Source of the DNA: Cytophagales bacterium
Lineage (GTDB): Bacteria > Bacteroidota > Bacteroidia > Cytophagales > MED-G16
Direction of reading: 5' to 3'
DNA: 64,000 nt
Assembly: GCA_045568775.1 (NCBI GenBank)
Contig: JBJLAJ010000003.1
Coordinates: 129,123 to 193,122, forward strand
The notes below the pieces were generated by a model that did not search any database, was not told the DNA's origin, and saw only the letters and a list, made by a program, of their open reading frames with translations. Both the position numbers and the translations under genes were made by a program. This document shows positions 46,269 through 56,469 of the stretch, piece after piece. Position 1 is the first letter of the stretch; the number at the start of each line of letters is the position of its first letter.

Positions 46269-48686
46269 ATGATAGATTCTAATATTACAATAAATAAATC
46301 TTTAAAAATCTCTAAAAAAGAAATTCTAAAAGATTACTTTTTAATTAATGAAAGTAGAAACCTAAGTCTTATAGGTAGAAAGGAAGTCTTTATGGGAAGA
46401 GCTAAATTTGGTGTATTTGGCGATGGCAAGGAACTTCCTCAAATAGCAATGTCAAAATTTTTCAAAAATGGTGACTTTAGGAGTGGTTACTATAGAGACC
46501 AAACATTTATGATGGCAATTGATCAGTTAAATTCATCTCAATTTTTTGCTCAATTATATTCCCATACTGACACAAAATTTGATCCTCATTCAGCGGGAAG
46601 ACAGATGAATTGTCATTTTGCTACAAGAATGCTTAATGATGATGGAGATTGGAAAACACAGACTGATATGAAAAACTCAGCTAGTGATATTTCATGTGTT
46701 TCTGGACAGATGCCAAGGATTGTTGGTTTAGGTTATGCTTCCAAATTATATAGAGAAAACAAGAACTTATCCAATATGCCTAATTTTTCTATAAATGGAA
46801 ACGAAGTGATATTTGGAACAATAGGTGATGCAAGTACTTCTGAAGGTCATTTTTGGGAATCAATAAATGCATGTGGAGTTTTACAGTTACCTGTTATTAT
46901 GTCAATCTGGGATGATGGATATGGTATATCAGTACCATCAGAATATCATACAACTAGAAATGATTTATCAAAAGTTTTGTCTGGTTTTCAAAGGTCATCT
47001 AATAAAGAAAATGGGTTTGAATTATTTACCGTAAAAGCATGGGATTATGTTGGATTATTAAACGCTTATTCTAAGGCAGAAAAACTAGCTAGAAATGAAC
47101 ATGTACCATCTATAATTCATGTAAAAGATGTAACTCAACCACAAGGACATACTACATCAGGTTCACACGAAAGATATAAATCAAAAGAAAGGCTTCAGTG
47201 GGAGAAAGACTTTTGCTGTATAAAAATGATGAGAGAATGGATAATTGAAAATAATTTATCAAGTGCTGAGGAATTAGATGAAATAGAAAAAAATGCTTTA
47301 GATTCAACAAAAGTTTCAAGAGACACTTCCTGGAAAAATTATAGAAAATCTATTGACGATGATTTAAATGATGCAATGGTAATTATAACTAGGGTTGCGC
47401 AAAATAGCCCTAAAAATAAAAAGGAAATAATTGATGTTAGAGATCAGCTGTCAAATACATTACACCCATTAAAATCAGATATTTTTAAAACCTTAAAGTT
47501 TGCCCAAAGAATAATAAGAAATGAAAATAATATATCTAGAAGCTACTTATTAAACCTAATTGATGAATTACAGAACAAGTATAATTTTGAATACAGCTCA
47601 CATTTAAATAGTGAATCAAAATATTCAGTTGATAAAATACAAGAATTAAAGCCAACTTACTCAAAACAAAATAAATTAGTTGACGGAAGAGAGATAATAA
47701 ACAAATTTTTTGATTTAACATTTGATAATAATCCTCTGGTTTTTGCAGTTGGAGAAGATGTGGGAATAATTGGAGGTGTAAATCAAGGTTTTGCAGGAAT
47801 ACAAAAAAAATATGGTAAGCTAAGAATAACAGATACTGGAATAAGGGAATCATCTATAATAGGTCAAGGTATTGGAGCTGCTTTGAGGGGTTTGCGACCA
47901 ATTGTTGAAATTCAGTATTTAGATTATGTTTATTGGGCTTTACAGACTCTCTCTGATGATTTATCAACTTTACAATACAGAACTAAAGGTGGGCAGAAGG
48001 CACCTGTTATAATTAGAACTAGAGGACACAGGTTAGAAGGAATTTGGCATTCAGGTTCTCCGATGGGAACTCTAATAAATAGTTTAAGAGGAATAAATGT
48101 ACTAGTTCCTAGAAATTTTGTTGAAGCTTCTGGTATGTATAATACATTATTACTTTCTGATGAACCGGGTATTGTTATCGAACCTTTGAACGCATATAGA
48201 TTAAAGGAAAATCTTCCAGAAAATTTAAAAAATGTAAGAGTTGAGTTTGGAGTTCCTGAAATTCTTAGAGAAGGAGAAGATATAACAATAGTAACATATG
48301 GGTCAATGTGTAGAATTGTTCTTGAAGCAGCTTCTCAACTAAATGATATTGGTATATCATGTGAAGTTATTGATGTTAGAACCTTACTTCCTTTTGATAA
48401 AAATAATCTGATTGTAGAGTCAATTAAAAAGACTAATAAGGTGATATTTGCTGATGAAGATGTTTCTGGTGGAGCAAGTGCATACATGATGCAATCAGTT
48501 ATTGAAAATCAAGATGCTTATTTTTATCTAGATTCAAAACCTCTCACAATACATTCCAAAGATCATAGGCCAGCATATAGTACAGATGGTGACTATTTTT
48601 CAAAACCAAATTGCGAATCTGTATTTGAAAAAATTTACTCTTTATTTAATGAGTTAAATCCAAAAGCTTATCCTAGCTTAGATTAA
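46269..48686 (+). CDS. fused E1 alpha/beta thiamine-diphosphate-dependent 2-oxoacid dehydrogenase component
   Basis: 805 aa. The N-terminal half has the TPP-binding block GDASTSEGHFWESINACGVLQLPVIMSIWDDGYGIS. The C-terminal half is transketolase-like E1-beta (DTGIRESSIIGQGIGAALRG, IVTYGSM). Confidence 0.8.
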   Translation: MIDSNITINKSLKISKKEILKDYFLINESRNLSLIGRKEVFMGRAKFGVFGDGKELPQIAMSKFFKNGDFRSGYYRDQTFMMAIDQLNSSQFFAQLYSHTDTKFDPHSAGRQMNCHFATRMLNDDGDWKTQTDMKNSASDISCVSGQMPRIVGLGYASKLYRENKNLSNMPNFSINGNEVIFGTIGDASTSEGHFWESINACGVLQLPVIMSIWDDGYGISVPSEYHTTRNDLSKVLSGFQRSSNKENGFELFTVKAWDYVGLLNAYSKAEKLARNEHVPSIIHVKDVTQPQGHTTSGSHERYKSKERLQWEKDFCCIKMMREWIIENNLSSAEELDEIEKNALDSTKVSRDTSWKNYRKSIDDDLNDAMVIITRVAQNSPKNKKEIIDVRDQLSNTLHPLKSDIFKTLKFAQRIIRNENNISRSYLLNLIDELQNKYNFEYSSHLNSESKYSVDKIQELKPTYSKQNKLVDGREIINKFFDLTFDNNPLVFAVGEDVGIIGGVNQGFAGIQKKYGKLRITDTGIRESSIIGQGIGAALRGLRPIVEIQYLDYVYWALQTLSDDLSTLQYRTKGGQKAPVIIRTRGHRLEGIWHSGSPMGTLINSLRGINVLVPRNFVEASGMYNTLLLSDEPGIVIEPLNAYRLKENLPENLKNVRVEFGVPEILREGEDITIVTYGSMCRIVLEAASQLNDIGISCEVIDVRTLLPFDKNNLIVESIKKTNKVIFADEDVSGGASAYMMQSVIENQDAYFYLDSKPLTIHSKDHRPAYSTDGDYFSKPNCESVFEKIYSLFNELNPKAYPSLD

Positions 48687-48687
48687 A

Positions 48688-49428
48688 TTATTCAACTAGT
48701 ATTTCTTCTAGTGTCACTTCTGGTGTTTCAATAATATTACTTTTATTTAATTCTCTATCTATAATATGAACTCTTAGCTTAAAAATATCATTTTTAAGAA
48801 TCATCTCAAATCCGTATGAAACCATACCATACCTAAGTTTTCCAGATAGAAGCTGTGAGGAATTAGAAATATTTAGTGGTGGAAATCTAGAATTAAAATC
48901 GATTCCACATCCATATTCTTCATCAAAAATTCTTTTCCAGTCAATGATTTTAAAATCATTATTTTCTTTTTTCAGGAATTCAATAAAAATATTTTTATTA
49001 AAATCATTTTTCTGGATAAAGAAAGTATCTAATTTAGAAGTAGTGCTAACTGTATCAATTATATAATCCTCGCAATTATATGAAGGTCTATTGTCGCTGT
49101 TACTGAAAGAATAATAAGTTCCATTTGGTTCGTAAACATAAAGTGGTGGAGTTACAGTAGATGATCCAAACGTTACCCAATTAAACTCTTGATCAATTAT
49201 TGCATTATATGGGTGGTAAGGATAGTTATTTTCATCATTAGATAATCCTAAATTTCCATCACCATCTATAAAGTTTATTGTGAGAATTAGAGAGTCCTGA
49301 GTGATATTATTAATGCTTTTTTTAAATTCAATGTTCTCATATGATATTGAAGGAATTTTTGATACTCCTTCATCTTTTTCACAAGAAATAAATGCAAATA
49401 ACACAAGTATCAATAAGTAATATTTCAT
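48688..49428 (-). CDS. hypothetical lipoprotein
   Basis: 246 aa. Lipobox LFAFISC and a DGDGNLG calcium-like motif. No recognisable family. Confidence 0.5.
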   Translation of the reverse strand: MKYYLLILVLFAFISCEKDEGVSKIPSISYENIEFKKSINNITQDSLILTINFIDGDGNLGLSNDENNYPYHPYNAIIDQEFNWVTFGSSTVTPPLYVYEPNGTYYSFSNSDNRPSYNCEDYIIDTVSTTSKLDTFFIQKNDFNKNIFIEFLKKENNDFKIIDWKRIFDEEYGCGIDFNSRFPPLNISNSSQLLSGKLRYGMVSYGFEMILKNDIFKLRVHIIDRELNKSNIIETPEVTLEEILVE

Positions 49429-49431
49429 AAT

Positions 49432-51390
49432 CTAATAACTAAATGGTTTAAATGTTATTGTGTTTTTTAAATTCTTAATAGAATGAATAGCTTCATTACA
49501 TACATTATTACGACACAGGTAAATATTTAGTTTTGAATTTTCATATTTTATCTTATCTGAATTAGGTCTATTATTATACATTAAAATTTTGTTAGGAAAG
49601 TACCACGAATTTATTTCTTTGGTTATTTTATGTTTATATGAAATATCTCTTATTTCTATTTCATTTATCATTTTTTGATTAATCTCATTTATATAAATCC
49701 AATTAGACATAAATTCAAAATTATTTAAATAATTTTTCAATTTTTTAGTCATTTCGTTATAAAGGTTTATATATAGTTTGTCATTATAGATTTTCCCTAA
49801 TATTAGAAGATTATAAAACATCACAGAGTTTGATGATGGTATAACATTATCAAAAATTTCAATTTTTTTTGCAAGTAACTTTTCATTATTAGTGCCACTG
49901 AAATAAAACATTTTATTTTTTTTGCAATAAAATAACCTTATAGAATCCTCCATTAATTTTCTAGCATTTTCTAAATATTCTATGTTTTGGGTTGTTTCAA
50001 ATAACTTAATAAATGCACTAATTGTATGGGCGAAATCTTCTAAAAACGCATTTATTCTACTTCCATATACTCTAATTAAATTTTTATTTTTTAAAAATTT
50101 ATTAGATATAAAATTTGCATTTTTTATAGCTAAAGAAAGATATTTTTCATCACCAGTTGATTGATAACTTGATAAAATTCCCTTCAACATAATTGAATTC
50201 CAAGATAGAATTATTTTCTTATCTATTAACGGCTTAATTCTTCCTTCTCTTATTTTTAATAATTTCTTTTTTAATTTATTTATTTGATTATTTTTCTCAG
50301 ATTCAAAAAATTTTCTTTTTATAATAATTTTATCATTCCAGTCCCCTTTTTTAGATATTTTAAATATTTTTTTTGCAAGATTAAATTCTTTTTCATTTAA
50401 AATTTTCTTTAGTTCATCATATTCCCATAAATAATATTTTCCTTCTTCTCCCTCAGAGTCAGCATCTATAGATGAATAAAAACCACCTGATTCGTCTGTC
50501 ATTTCATCCTCAATCCAATTAATTGTGTCTTTGATTATAGCTTTATATTTTTCGTTTTTTGTGATAGAATAAATATTTGATATTAACTCTAAAAGCTGAC
50601 CGTTATCATATAACATTTTTTCAAAGTGAGGTACTATCCATTTTTTGTCAGTGGAATACCTATAAAAGCCACCTTTTAACTGATCAAAAATCCCTCCTTC
50701 AATTATTTTATTTATTGTGTGTGAAATATGATTAAAAAGATCTTGATCATTATTATGATATGAATAAAATAGAAGTGAGTTCCAAATTGATGGCATTGGG
50801 AACTTTTGAGCTCTGTCAATACCTCCTTCATCATAGTCAAATTTAATTTTAATCTCATTCACAAGAGTTTTAATTGAAAACTCATTTTTCGAACTGTATT
50901 TTTCACTATGAGATTTTTTTAGATCTTTTGAGAATTTTTCTGAAGACTTTTCAAATTCTTTTTTATTTCTAGAATATGCATCTATTATATTATTTATAAT
51001 CCCATACCATTGATTAGGAGAAAAGTAAGTTCCTCCATAAAATGGTTTTAAATTAGGTAAAAGAAAAATATTTAAAGGCCATCCACCTTGTATACCCATA
51101 TACTGTAAGGCTTCCATATATAAATTATCTATGTCAGGCCTTTCCTCTCTATCTACTTTTATTGAAATAAAGTTTTCATTCATGTATTTTGAGATTGAAT
51201 GATTCTGGAATGTTTCTTTTTCCATGACGTGACACCAATGACAACTAGAATAACCTATACTTAAAATTATTATTTTCTTATCTTTTTTTGCTTTATTTAG
51301 TGCTTCTTTGCTCCATGGAAACCAATCTATTGGGTTTTCTGAGTGTTGTTGAAGATAACTGCTTTTTTCAGTAGAAAGTTTATTTGACAT
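49432..51390 (-). CDS. thioredoxin-domain protein (DUF255/YyaL-like, with six-hairpin glycosidase-like C-terminal region)
   Basis: 652 aa. [13 protein letters not shown]...[19 protein letters not shown]-terminal thioredoxin-like motif. Confidence 0.8.
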   Translation of the reverse strand: MSNKLSTEKSSYLQQHSENPIDWFPWSKEALNKAKKDKKIIILSIGYSSCHWCHVMEKETFQNHSISKYMNENFISIKVDREERPDIDNLYMEALQYMGIQGGWPLNIFLLPNLKPFYGGTYFSPNQWYGIINNIIDAYSRNKKEFEKSSEKFSKDLKKSHSEKYSSKNEFSIKTLVNEIKIKFDYDEGGIDRAQKFPMPSIWNSLLFYSYHNNDQDLFNHISHTINKIIEGGIFDQLKGGFYRYSTDKKWIVPHFEKMLYDNGQLLELISNIYSITKNEKYKAIIKDTINWIEDEMTDESGGFYSSIDADSEGEEGKYYLWEYDELKKILNEKEFNLAKKIFKISKKGDWNDKIIIKRKFFESEKNNQINKLKKKLLKIREGRIKPLIDKKIILSWNSIMLKGILSSYQSTGDEKYLSLAIKNANFISNKFLKNKNLIRVYGSRINAFLEDFAHTISAFIKLFETTQNIEYLENARKLMEDSIRLFYCKKNKMFYFSGTNNEKLLAKKIEIFDNVIPSSNSVMFYNLLILGKIYNDKLYINLYNEMTKKLKNYLNNFEFMSNWIYINEINQKMINEIEIRDISYKHKITKEINSWYFPNKILMYNNRPNSDKIKYENSKLNIYLCRNNVCNEAIHSIKNLKNTITFKPFSY

Positions 51391-51454
51391 TAGTCTATAC
51401 AGTGGTTTTTATTAAATGAATAAAGTTTTGTATCTTTACAAAAGATAAATAATA

Positions 51455-51577
51455 GTGAAAAAGTTACTAGTAATCTTATTAATTCTTTTTTCATCTTGTG
51501 AGAGAAAACTCTGTCCTACATATTCTTCAATAGATAATCAGTCAGCTAAAACTGAAAATTCAATTAAAGTTTCTTAA
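51455..51577 (+). CDS. possible 40-codon micro-lipoprotein (GTG start)
   Basis: (M)KKLLVILLILFSSCERKLCPTYSSIDNQSAKTENSIKVS*. Signal-peptide-like h-region plus FSSC lipobox. Not in the ORF track and has no homology support. Confidence 0.25.
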   Translation: MKKLLVILLILFSSCERKLCPTYSSIDNQSAKTENSIKVS

Positions 51578-51582
51578 AAAAA

Positions 51583-51931
51583 GTAAGTCTATAAGCCGGA
51601 TTCTGTATCTGATATAATCAGACTCTTATCATTTATCTAGACTCAGTATCACTACTAAGTTCAATCGATCTACCCATTCGATTTGTAGCGAGCAACTACA
51701 TGTTAAAAACATTCGAATTGCTTGATCTTTCAATTTATAAGGTTTACAAAGCATCAAATATCACTATTTGACCGGTAAGCTCTTACCTTACCTTTTCACC
51801 CTTACCAAATTGGCGGTTTTTTTTCTGTTGCACTATCTGTTCTCAAAAGAGACCTTCTAGTTAAGAAGTATAATGCTCTATATTGTCCGGACTTTCCTCT
51901 TCAAAATATGAAGCGATAAGACGACTTACAT
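51583..51931 (-). ncRNA. rnpB: RNase P RNA (bacterial type A)
   Basis: On the minus strand: P4 5' strand GAGGAAAGTCCGGAC (plus-strand coordinates 51885-51899) and P4 3' strand ACAGAATCCGGCTTAT (51591-51606). P1 pairing GTAAGTC/GACTTAC at the two ends. Short P3 hairpin TTCA-TATTT-TGAA. Ends are approximate. Confidence 0.88.
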
Positions 51932-51968
51932 CGCAAAAGTATATATATTTTTGTTTAAATATTTAAAA

Positions 51969-52976
51969 ATGAAAAACTCAATATTAGCTATTGAAACATC
52001 ATGTGATGATACATCTGCCTCTGTTATATCGGATGGTATAATAAAATCAAATATTGTTTCTTCTCAGATAGATCATACTAAGCTTGGTGGAGTAGTTCCT
52101 GAAATAGCTTCAAGAGGACATCAGAAGAACATTATCTATATAGTAGAAAAAGCTTTAGAAGAAGCTGAAATCAGCAGAAAAAAATTAGATGCAATTGCTT
52201 TTACTCTTGGGCCTGGATTATTAGGGTCATTACTTGTAGGCTCAACATTTTCAAAATCTTTTGGTTATGCTCTAAATATTCCTATTATAGGTGTTAATCA
52301 CCTTAAAGCTCATGCTTTTTCTCATACTATAAATAAGAAAAAAATCACTTATCCTTTTGTTTCTCTTTTAGTTAGCGGTGGCCATACCCAGATTATATTG
52401 ATTAAATCTTATGATAAGATGAAAATTATTGGTGAAACTAGAGATGATGCTGTTGGTGAAGCTTTTGATAAATGTGCCAAGATATTAGGTCTTGATTATC
52501 CAGGTGGACCATTGATAGATAAATTATCATATGATGGAAATAAAAAGGCTTACTCATTTCCTGACACTAACGTAGATGGATATGATTATTCATTTAGTGG
52601 AATAAAAACATCATTTTTATATTTTATTAATAAAGAATTAAAAAATAATCCTGATTTTATTAAAGAGAATTTAAATGATATTTGTGCTTCTATCCAATCT
52701 AAGTTGATAAGTATGTTAATGTTAAAATTGGTAAAGGTTATAGATGATTTTAAAGTTAAAGATATTTCTATTTGTGGAGGGGTTGCTGCAAATTCATACC
52801 TAAGAAAAAAAATATTTAATTTGTCAGAGTCAAAAAATGTAAAAATTCATATACCAGAAATGGAATATTGTACAGATAATGCTGCAATGATTGCTAATTA
52901 TGCATATTACATGTACAAAGACAAAATTTTTTCAGATTTTGATGTTGTGCCATATTCAAAGCATAAAATTGAATAA
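51969..52976 (+). CDS. tsaD: tRNA N6-adenosine threonylcarbamoyltransferase
   Basis: ILAIETSCDDTS N-terminus, GVNHLKAH metal site, GGVAANS block. The start is taken as ATG 51969. Confidence 0.93.
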   Translation: MKNSILAIETSCDDTSASVISDGIIKSNIVSSQIDHTKLGGVVPEIASRGHQKNIIYIVEKALEEAEISRKKLDAIAFTLGPGLLGSLLVGSTFSKSFGYALNIPIIGVNHLKAHAFSHTINKKKITYPFVSLLVSGGHTQIILIKSYDKMKIIGETRDDAVGEAFDKCAKILGLDYPGGPLIDKLSYDGNKKAYSFPDTNVDGYDYSFSGIKTSFLYFINKELKNNPDFIKENLNDICASIQSKLISMLMLKLVKVIDDFKVKDISICGGVAANSYLRKKIFNLSESKNVKIHIPEMEYCTDNAAMIANYAYYMYKDKIFSDFDVVPYSKHKIE

Positions 52977-52977
52977 T

Positions 52978-53433
52978 ATGAATTTTAAAAGTTTTTCTCT
53001 AAAAAATAAAAAAGCAAATTTTAATTATCAGATTTCTGATAAATATATTGCTGGAATGGTATTAAAAGGAACAGAAATTAAATCATTAAAAGAGTCTATG
53101 GTTAATTTTTCAAATTCTTTTTGTTCAATTGTTGGCGAAGAGATTTATCTAAAAGGAATGAATATCTCTGAGTACTTATATGGTAATATAAATAATCATG
53201 ACCCAAATAGGGATAGAAAATTACTATTAAACAAAAGTGAAATAAAGCAAATAAAAAAGAAGGTTAATGAAAAGAAGTTATCAATAATACCAATAAAATT
53301 ATTTATTAATAATAGGGGTTATGTAAAGCTTGAAATAGGATTGGGCAAAGGTAAAAAGGCATATGATAAAAGAGAGGATATTAAAAAAAGAGATATCGAA
53401 AGAAATTTAAGAGAGAACATTAAAAATATTTAA
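52978..53433 (+). CDS. smpB: SsrA-binding protein
   Basis: 151 aa from ATG 52978 (MNFKSFSLKNKKANFNYQISDKYIAGMVLKGTEIKS). The upstream part of the 52891 ORF overlaps tsaD and is spurious. Confidence 0.9.
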   Translation: MNFKSFSLKNKKANFNYQISDKYIAGMVLKGTEIKSLKESMVNFSNSFCSIVGEEIYLKGMNISEYLYGNINNHDPNRDRKLLLNKSEIKQIKKKVNEKKLSIIPIKLFINNRGYVKLEIGLGKGKKAYDKREDIKKRDIERNLRENIKNI

Positions 53434-54832
53434 TTATTATATCAATAAGTCCTTGTTTAAATCTGTTATAAGGTGGAACCAACATATCGGTTGGGCTAAA
53501 AGATGTAAATTGTTTTAAAATACTTTTTTGATTTGAAAATTCTTTAAATCCATATTTTCCATGACATTTCCCAAAGCCACTATTTCCGATGCCTCCAAAG
53601 GGTAGGTTATAGTTAGAGTAGTGAAGTGTACTGTGATTGATACAGACTCCTCCTGATGAAGTTTCATTTAATATTTTTTTAATATTTTTTTTGTTATCAC
53701 TAAAAATATATAGAGCTAAAGGCTTTTCTTTTTTATTAATAAATGATATAGAATCATTGATATTCTTATAGGTGAATATTGGTAATATTGGCCCAAAAAT
53801 TTCTTCATTATAAATTTTTGAATTTTCACTTATATTTTCAATTATAGTTGGTTCTATGAAATTTTTTCCTTCAATTGTATTACCTCCATATAGTATATTA
53901 CCTCCATTTAATTTAGCATTATCTATAAGTTCTTTTATTCTTTTAAAATGATTTCTATTTACAATCCTACAATATGAAGAAGATTTTATTGATTCTTCAG
54001 TATAGAGCTTTATTATATTTTTAATAACATATTGAATAAACTTTTTTTTCTGATTTTCATGAATAAGTACATAATCTGGAGAGATACAGACTTGACCATT
54101 GTTTATAAATTTAGACCAAGTAATTTTTTTTGCTGCATTTTTTAAGTTACAATCTCTATCAATTATTGTAGGAGATTTACCACCTAATTCTAAAGTTATT
54201 GATGACAGATTTTTAGCTGCAGATTTCATTACAACCTTTCCGATTGAAGGGGATCCAATAAACAGAATGTGATCAAATTTTAATTTTAATAAATTTGATG
54301 CTGTATCTACTCCTCCAAGAATAACAGATACATTATTAGGCTTATATGTTAATTCTATAATTTTTTTAATTATTAGTGATGTTTTATTTGTTATTTCAGA
54401 TGGCTTAATAATAACTGAATTATTTGCGGCTACAGCACTAATAAGTGATACAAATGTTAGATTAATTGGAAAATTCCAAGGAGTAATTATGAGTATCACA
54501 CCTTTTGCTTCATATTCAATATATGATTTAGATCCTAAAAGTGTTATTGGAGTCTTTACATATTTTCTTTTTGCCCATTTTTTTATATTGTTAATACAAT
54601 GATTTATCTCTGATATTACAGGAAATATTTCAGTAAGATCAACTTCACTGCTATTTTTACCAAAATCATCATAAAGAGCATTTTTTATTTCATTTCTATG
54701 TTCTAAAATGTTTTTTTTTAACTCCTTAAGTTTTACAATTCTTTTATTGACAGGTGTGTTTTTGTAATTTTTATGGTTGGTGCAAACCTCATCATAAATT
54801 GAAATAATTTTATTATTGCTATAATCCATCAT
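53420..54832 (-). CDS. NAD(P)-dependent aldehyde dehydrogenase (class 3-like)
   Basis: 470 aa. LELGGKSP and the catalytic Cys in NNGQVCISPDY, EEIFGPILP. Confidence 0.9.
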   Translation of the reverse strand: MMDYSNNKIISIYDEVCTNHKNYKNTPVNKRIVKLKELKKNILEHRNEIKNALYDDFGKNSSEVDLTEIFPVISEINHCINNIKKWAKRKYVKTPITLLGSKSYIEYEAKGVILIITPWNFPINLTFVSLISAVAANNSVIIKPSEITNKTSLIIKKIIELTYKPNNVSVILGGVDTASNLLKLKFDHILFIGSPSIGKVVMKSAAKNLSSITLELGGKSPTIIDRDCNLKNAAKKITWSKFINNGQVCISPDYVLIHENQKKKFIQYVIKNIIKLYTEESIKSSSYCRIVNRNHFKRIKELIDNAKLNGGNILYGGNTIEGKNFIEPTIIENISENSKIYNEEIFGPILPIFTYKNINDSISFINKKEKPLALYIFSDNKKNIKKILNETSSGGVCINHSTLHYSNYNLPFGGIGNSGFGKCHGKYGFKEFSNQKSILKQFTSFSPTDMLVPPYNRFKQGLIDIIIKYF

Positions 54833-55194
54833 TTAATAATATTAATGCCAATATAACAAAATAGGATACCAACTACTGAGCTAGAAATCATATAACTTAA
54901 AAAAAGAAGATACTTACTTTCATTTAATAAGTTTATTGAATCTGCTGAAAAAGCTGAAAAAGTAGTAAACCCACCACAAAACCCAATAATTAAAAAATTA
55001 TTTATAAGATGAGATAATTCTTTATTAGAGATTGATGAATATTTAATTAATATTCCAACCAGAAAACAACCTATCATATTAACTATAAATGTGTTAAATG
55101 GAAAACTTGAATTTATAAAAGGAATTTTAACAATTAAAAATCTTAAAATAGCTCCGAACATCCCTCCAGCACCAACAAAAAATATTTCTTTCAT
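54829..55194 (-). CDS. crcB: fluoride ion channel CrcB/Fluc
   Basis: 121 aa, 4 TM helices, GFCGGFTTFSAFS motif. Confidence 0.9.
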   Translation of the reverse strand: MKEIFFVGAGGMFGAILRFLIVKIPFINSSFPFNTFIVNMIGCFLVGILIKYSSISNKELSHLINNFLIIGFCGGFTTFSAFSADSINLLNESKYLLFLSYMISSSVVGILFCYIGINIIK

Positions 55195-55640
55195 TTATTT
55201 TTTTTTGTAAATTCTAATGAAGCTGAATTAATACAATATCTTAATCCAGTAGGGTTAGGTCCATCATTAAAAATATGTCCTAAATGACCTTGACAGTTTG
55301 AACATATTACTTCAATTCTTTGCATTCCTAAGCTGTTATCATCAACGAAACTTACATATTTTTTGTCTTCAACATCAAAAAAACAAGGCCATCCTGTTCC
55401 TGAGTCATATTTTTTTTCTGATGTAAACAATTTTTGACCACAACCAGCACATTTGTATTCTCCTTCTTGCTTATTGTTCCAGTACTTACCAGTAAAAGCT
55501 CTTTCTGTTCCCTTTTCTCTTAATATTTCATACTGTTCTTTAGTCAATTTTTCTTTCCAGTAATTATCATTTTTATCTTGAGAACTACAGCTAGATATAA
55601 CTACTATTATAAGTAATATTAAGGATGTAATTTTTTTCAT
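55191..55640 (-). CDS. msrB: peptide-methionine (R)-S-oxide reductase, exported/lipoprotein form
   Basis: 149 aa. Signal plus lipobox (VVISSCSS), zinc CxxC pairs (CAGCGQKLF, CSNCQGHLGHIF), catalytic GLRYCINS. Confidence 0.92.
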   Translation of the reverse strand: MKKITSLILLIIVVISSCSSQDKNDNYWKEKLTKEQYEILREKGTERAFTGKYWNNKQEGEYKCAGCGQKLFTSEKKYDSGTGWPCFFDVEDKKYVSFVDDNSLGMQRIEVICSNCQGHLGHIFNDGPNPTGLRYCINSASLEFTKKNK

Positions 55641-56455
55641 TTTTTGATATTCACGTCGAGTTGAGGGAATGGTATACTTAATCCATTTTGAGGAAACTCT
55701 TGGTAAACCTTTTCATTAAACTTAAACTTTACATCCAAGAAGTCTTCAGATTTTACCCAAGCTCTAACCATTATATTAACTGAACTATCAGCTAATTCTG
55801 ATATTACAACCATAGGCTCTTTATCTTTTAATATCCTATCATCTTCATCTATCCATTTTAATAAAATTGTTTTTGCTTTATTAAAATCATCTCCATATGC
55901 TATTGAAAAGGTCCATATAATTCTTCTAATATCTTCAGAAGAGTAATTAATTACAATTGATGTTTGAAGTAGTCCGTTTGGTATTATTACCCTTCTATTA
56001 TCAACCGTAGTAAGTACAGAATTAAATATTTGAATTTCTTTTACAGTTCCTTTAGTTCCTTCGTATTCAATAAAGTCACCAACCCTAAAAGGTTTAAAAA
56101 ATAATATCATTACTCCTGCTGCAAAATTCTGAAGTGTATCTTTTAAAGCTAATCCTATTGCAAGACCTGCTGCACCGAGAATAGCTAGAAAAGAAGTCAT
56201 TTCAACTCCTATCATCGAAAGGACGGATATAATTAACGCAACTTGAAGAGTAATAGATAGTAATGATTTAAAGAATGGTCTCAAAGACTCATCTATATTT
56301 TTAGATTTTAAAAAATTATCTAAAATATTTAACAATCTTCTTATTATTCTTAATCCAAAAAAAAGGAAAACAAAACCTAAAATAATTTTTGGGGCATATT
56401 CTATTAATATGTTTAATAGAAAAGTGTAGTTATCGGGGCTTAATATATCTGACAT
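55637..56455 (-). CDS. small-conductance mechanosensitive channel (MscS family)
   Basis: 272 aa. Three N-terminal TM helices, pore helix GAAGLAIGLALKDTLQNFAAGVMILFFKPFRVGD, beta-domain. Confidence 0.88.
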   Translation of the reverse strand: MSDILSPDNYTFLLNILIEYAPKIILGFVFLFFGLRIIRRLLNILDNFLKSKNIDESLRPFFKSLLSITLQVALIISVLSMIGVEMTSFLAILGAAGLAIGLALKDTLQNFAAGVMILFFKPFRVGDFIEYEGTKGTVKEIQIFNSVLTTVDNRRVIIPNGLLQTSIVINYSSEDIRRIIWTFSIAYGDDFNKAKTILLKWIDEDDRILKDKEPMVVISELADSSVNIMVRAWVKSEDFLDVKFKFNEKVYQEFPQNGLSIPFPQLDVNIKK

Positions 56456-56469
56456 ATAACAAATTTAAA

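Noticed and set aside
52891-52977. Upstream extension of the smpB ORF overlapping tsaD
   Set aside because: SmpB homology begins at MNFKSFSLKNKKANFNY (ATG 52978, 1 nt after the tsaD stop). The extension lies in the tsaD coding region and has no homology.
55195-55640. Fluoride riboswitch upstream of crcB
   Set aside because: crcB overlaps msrB by 4 nt, so there is no non-coding leader.
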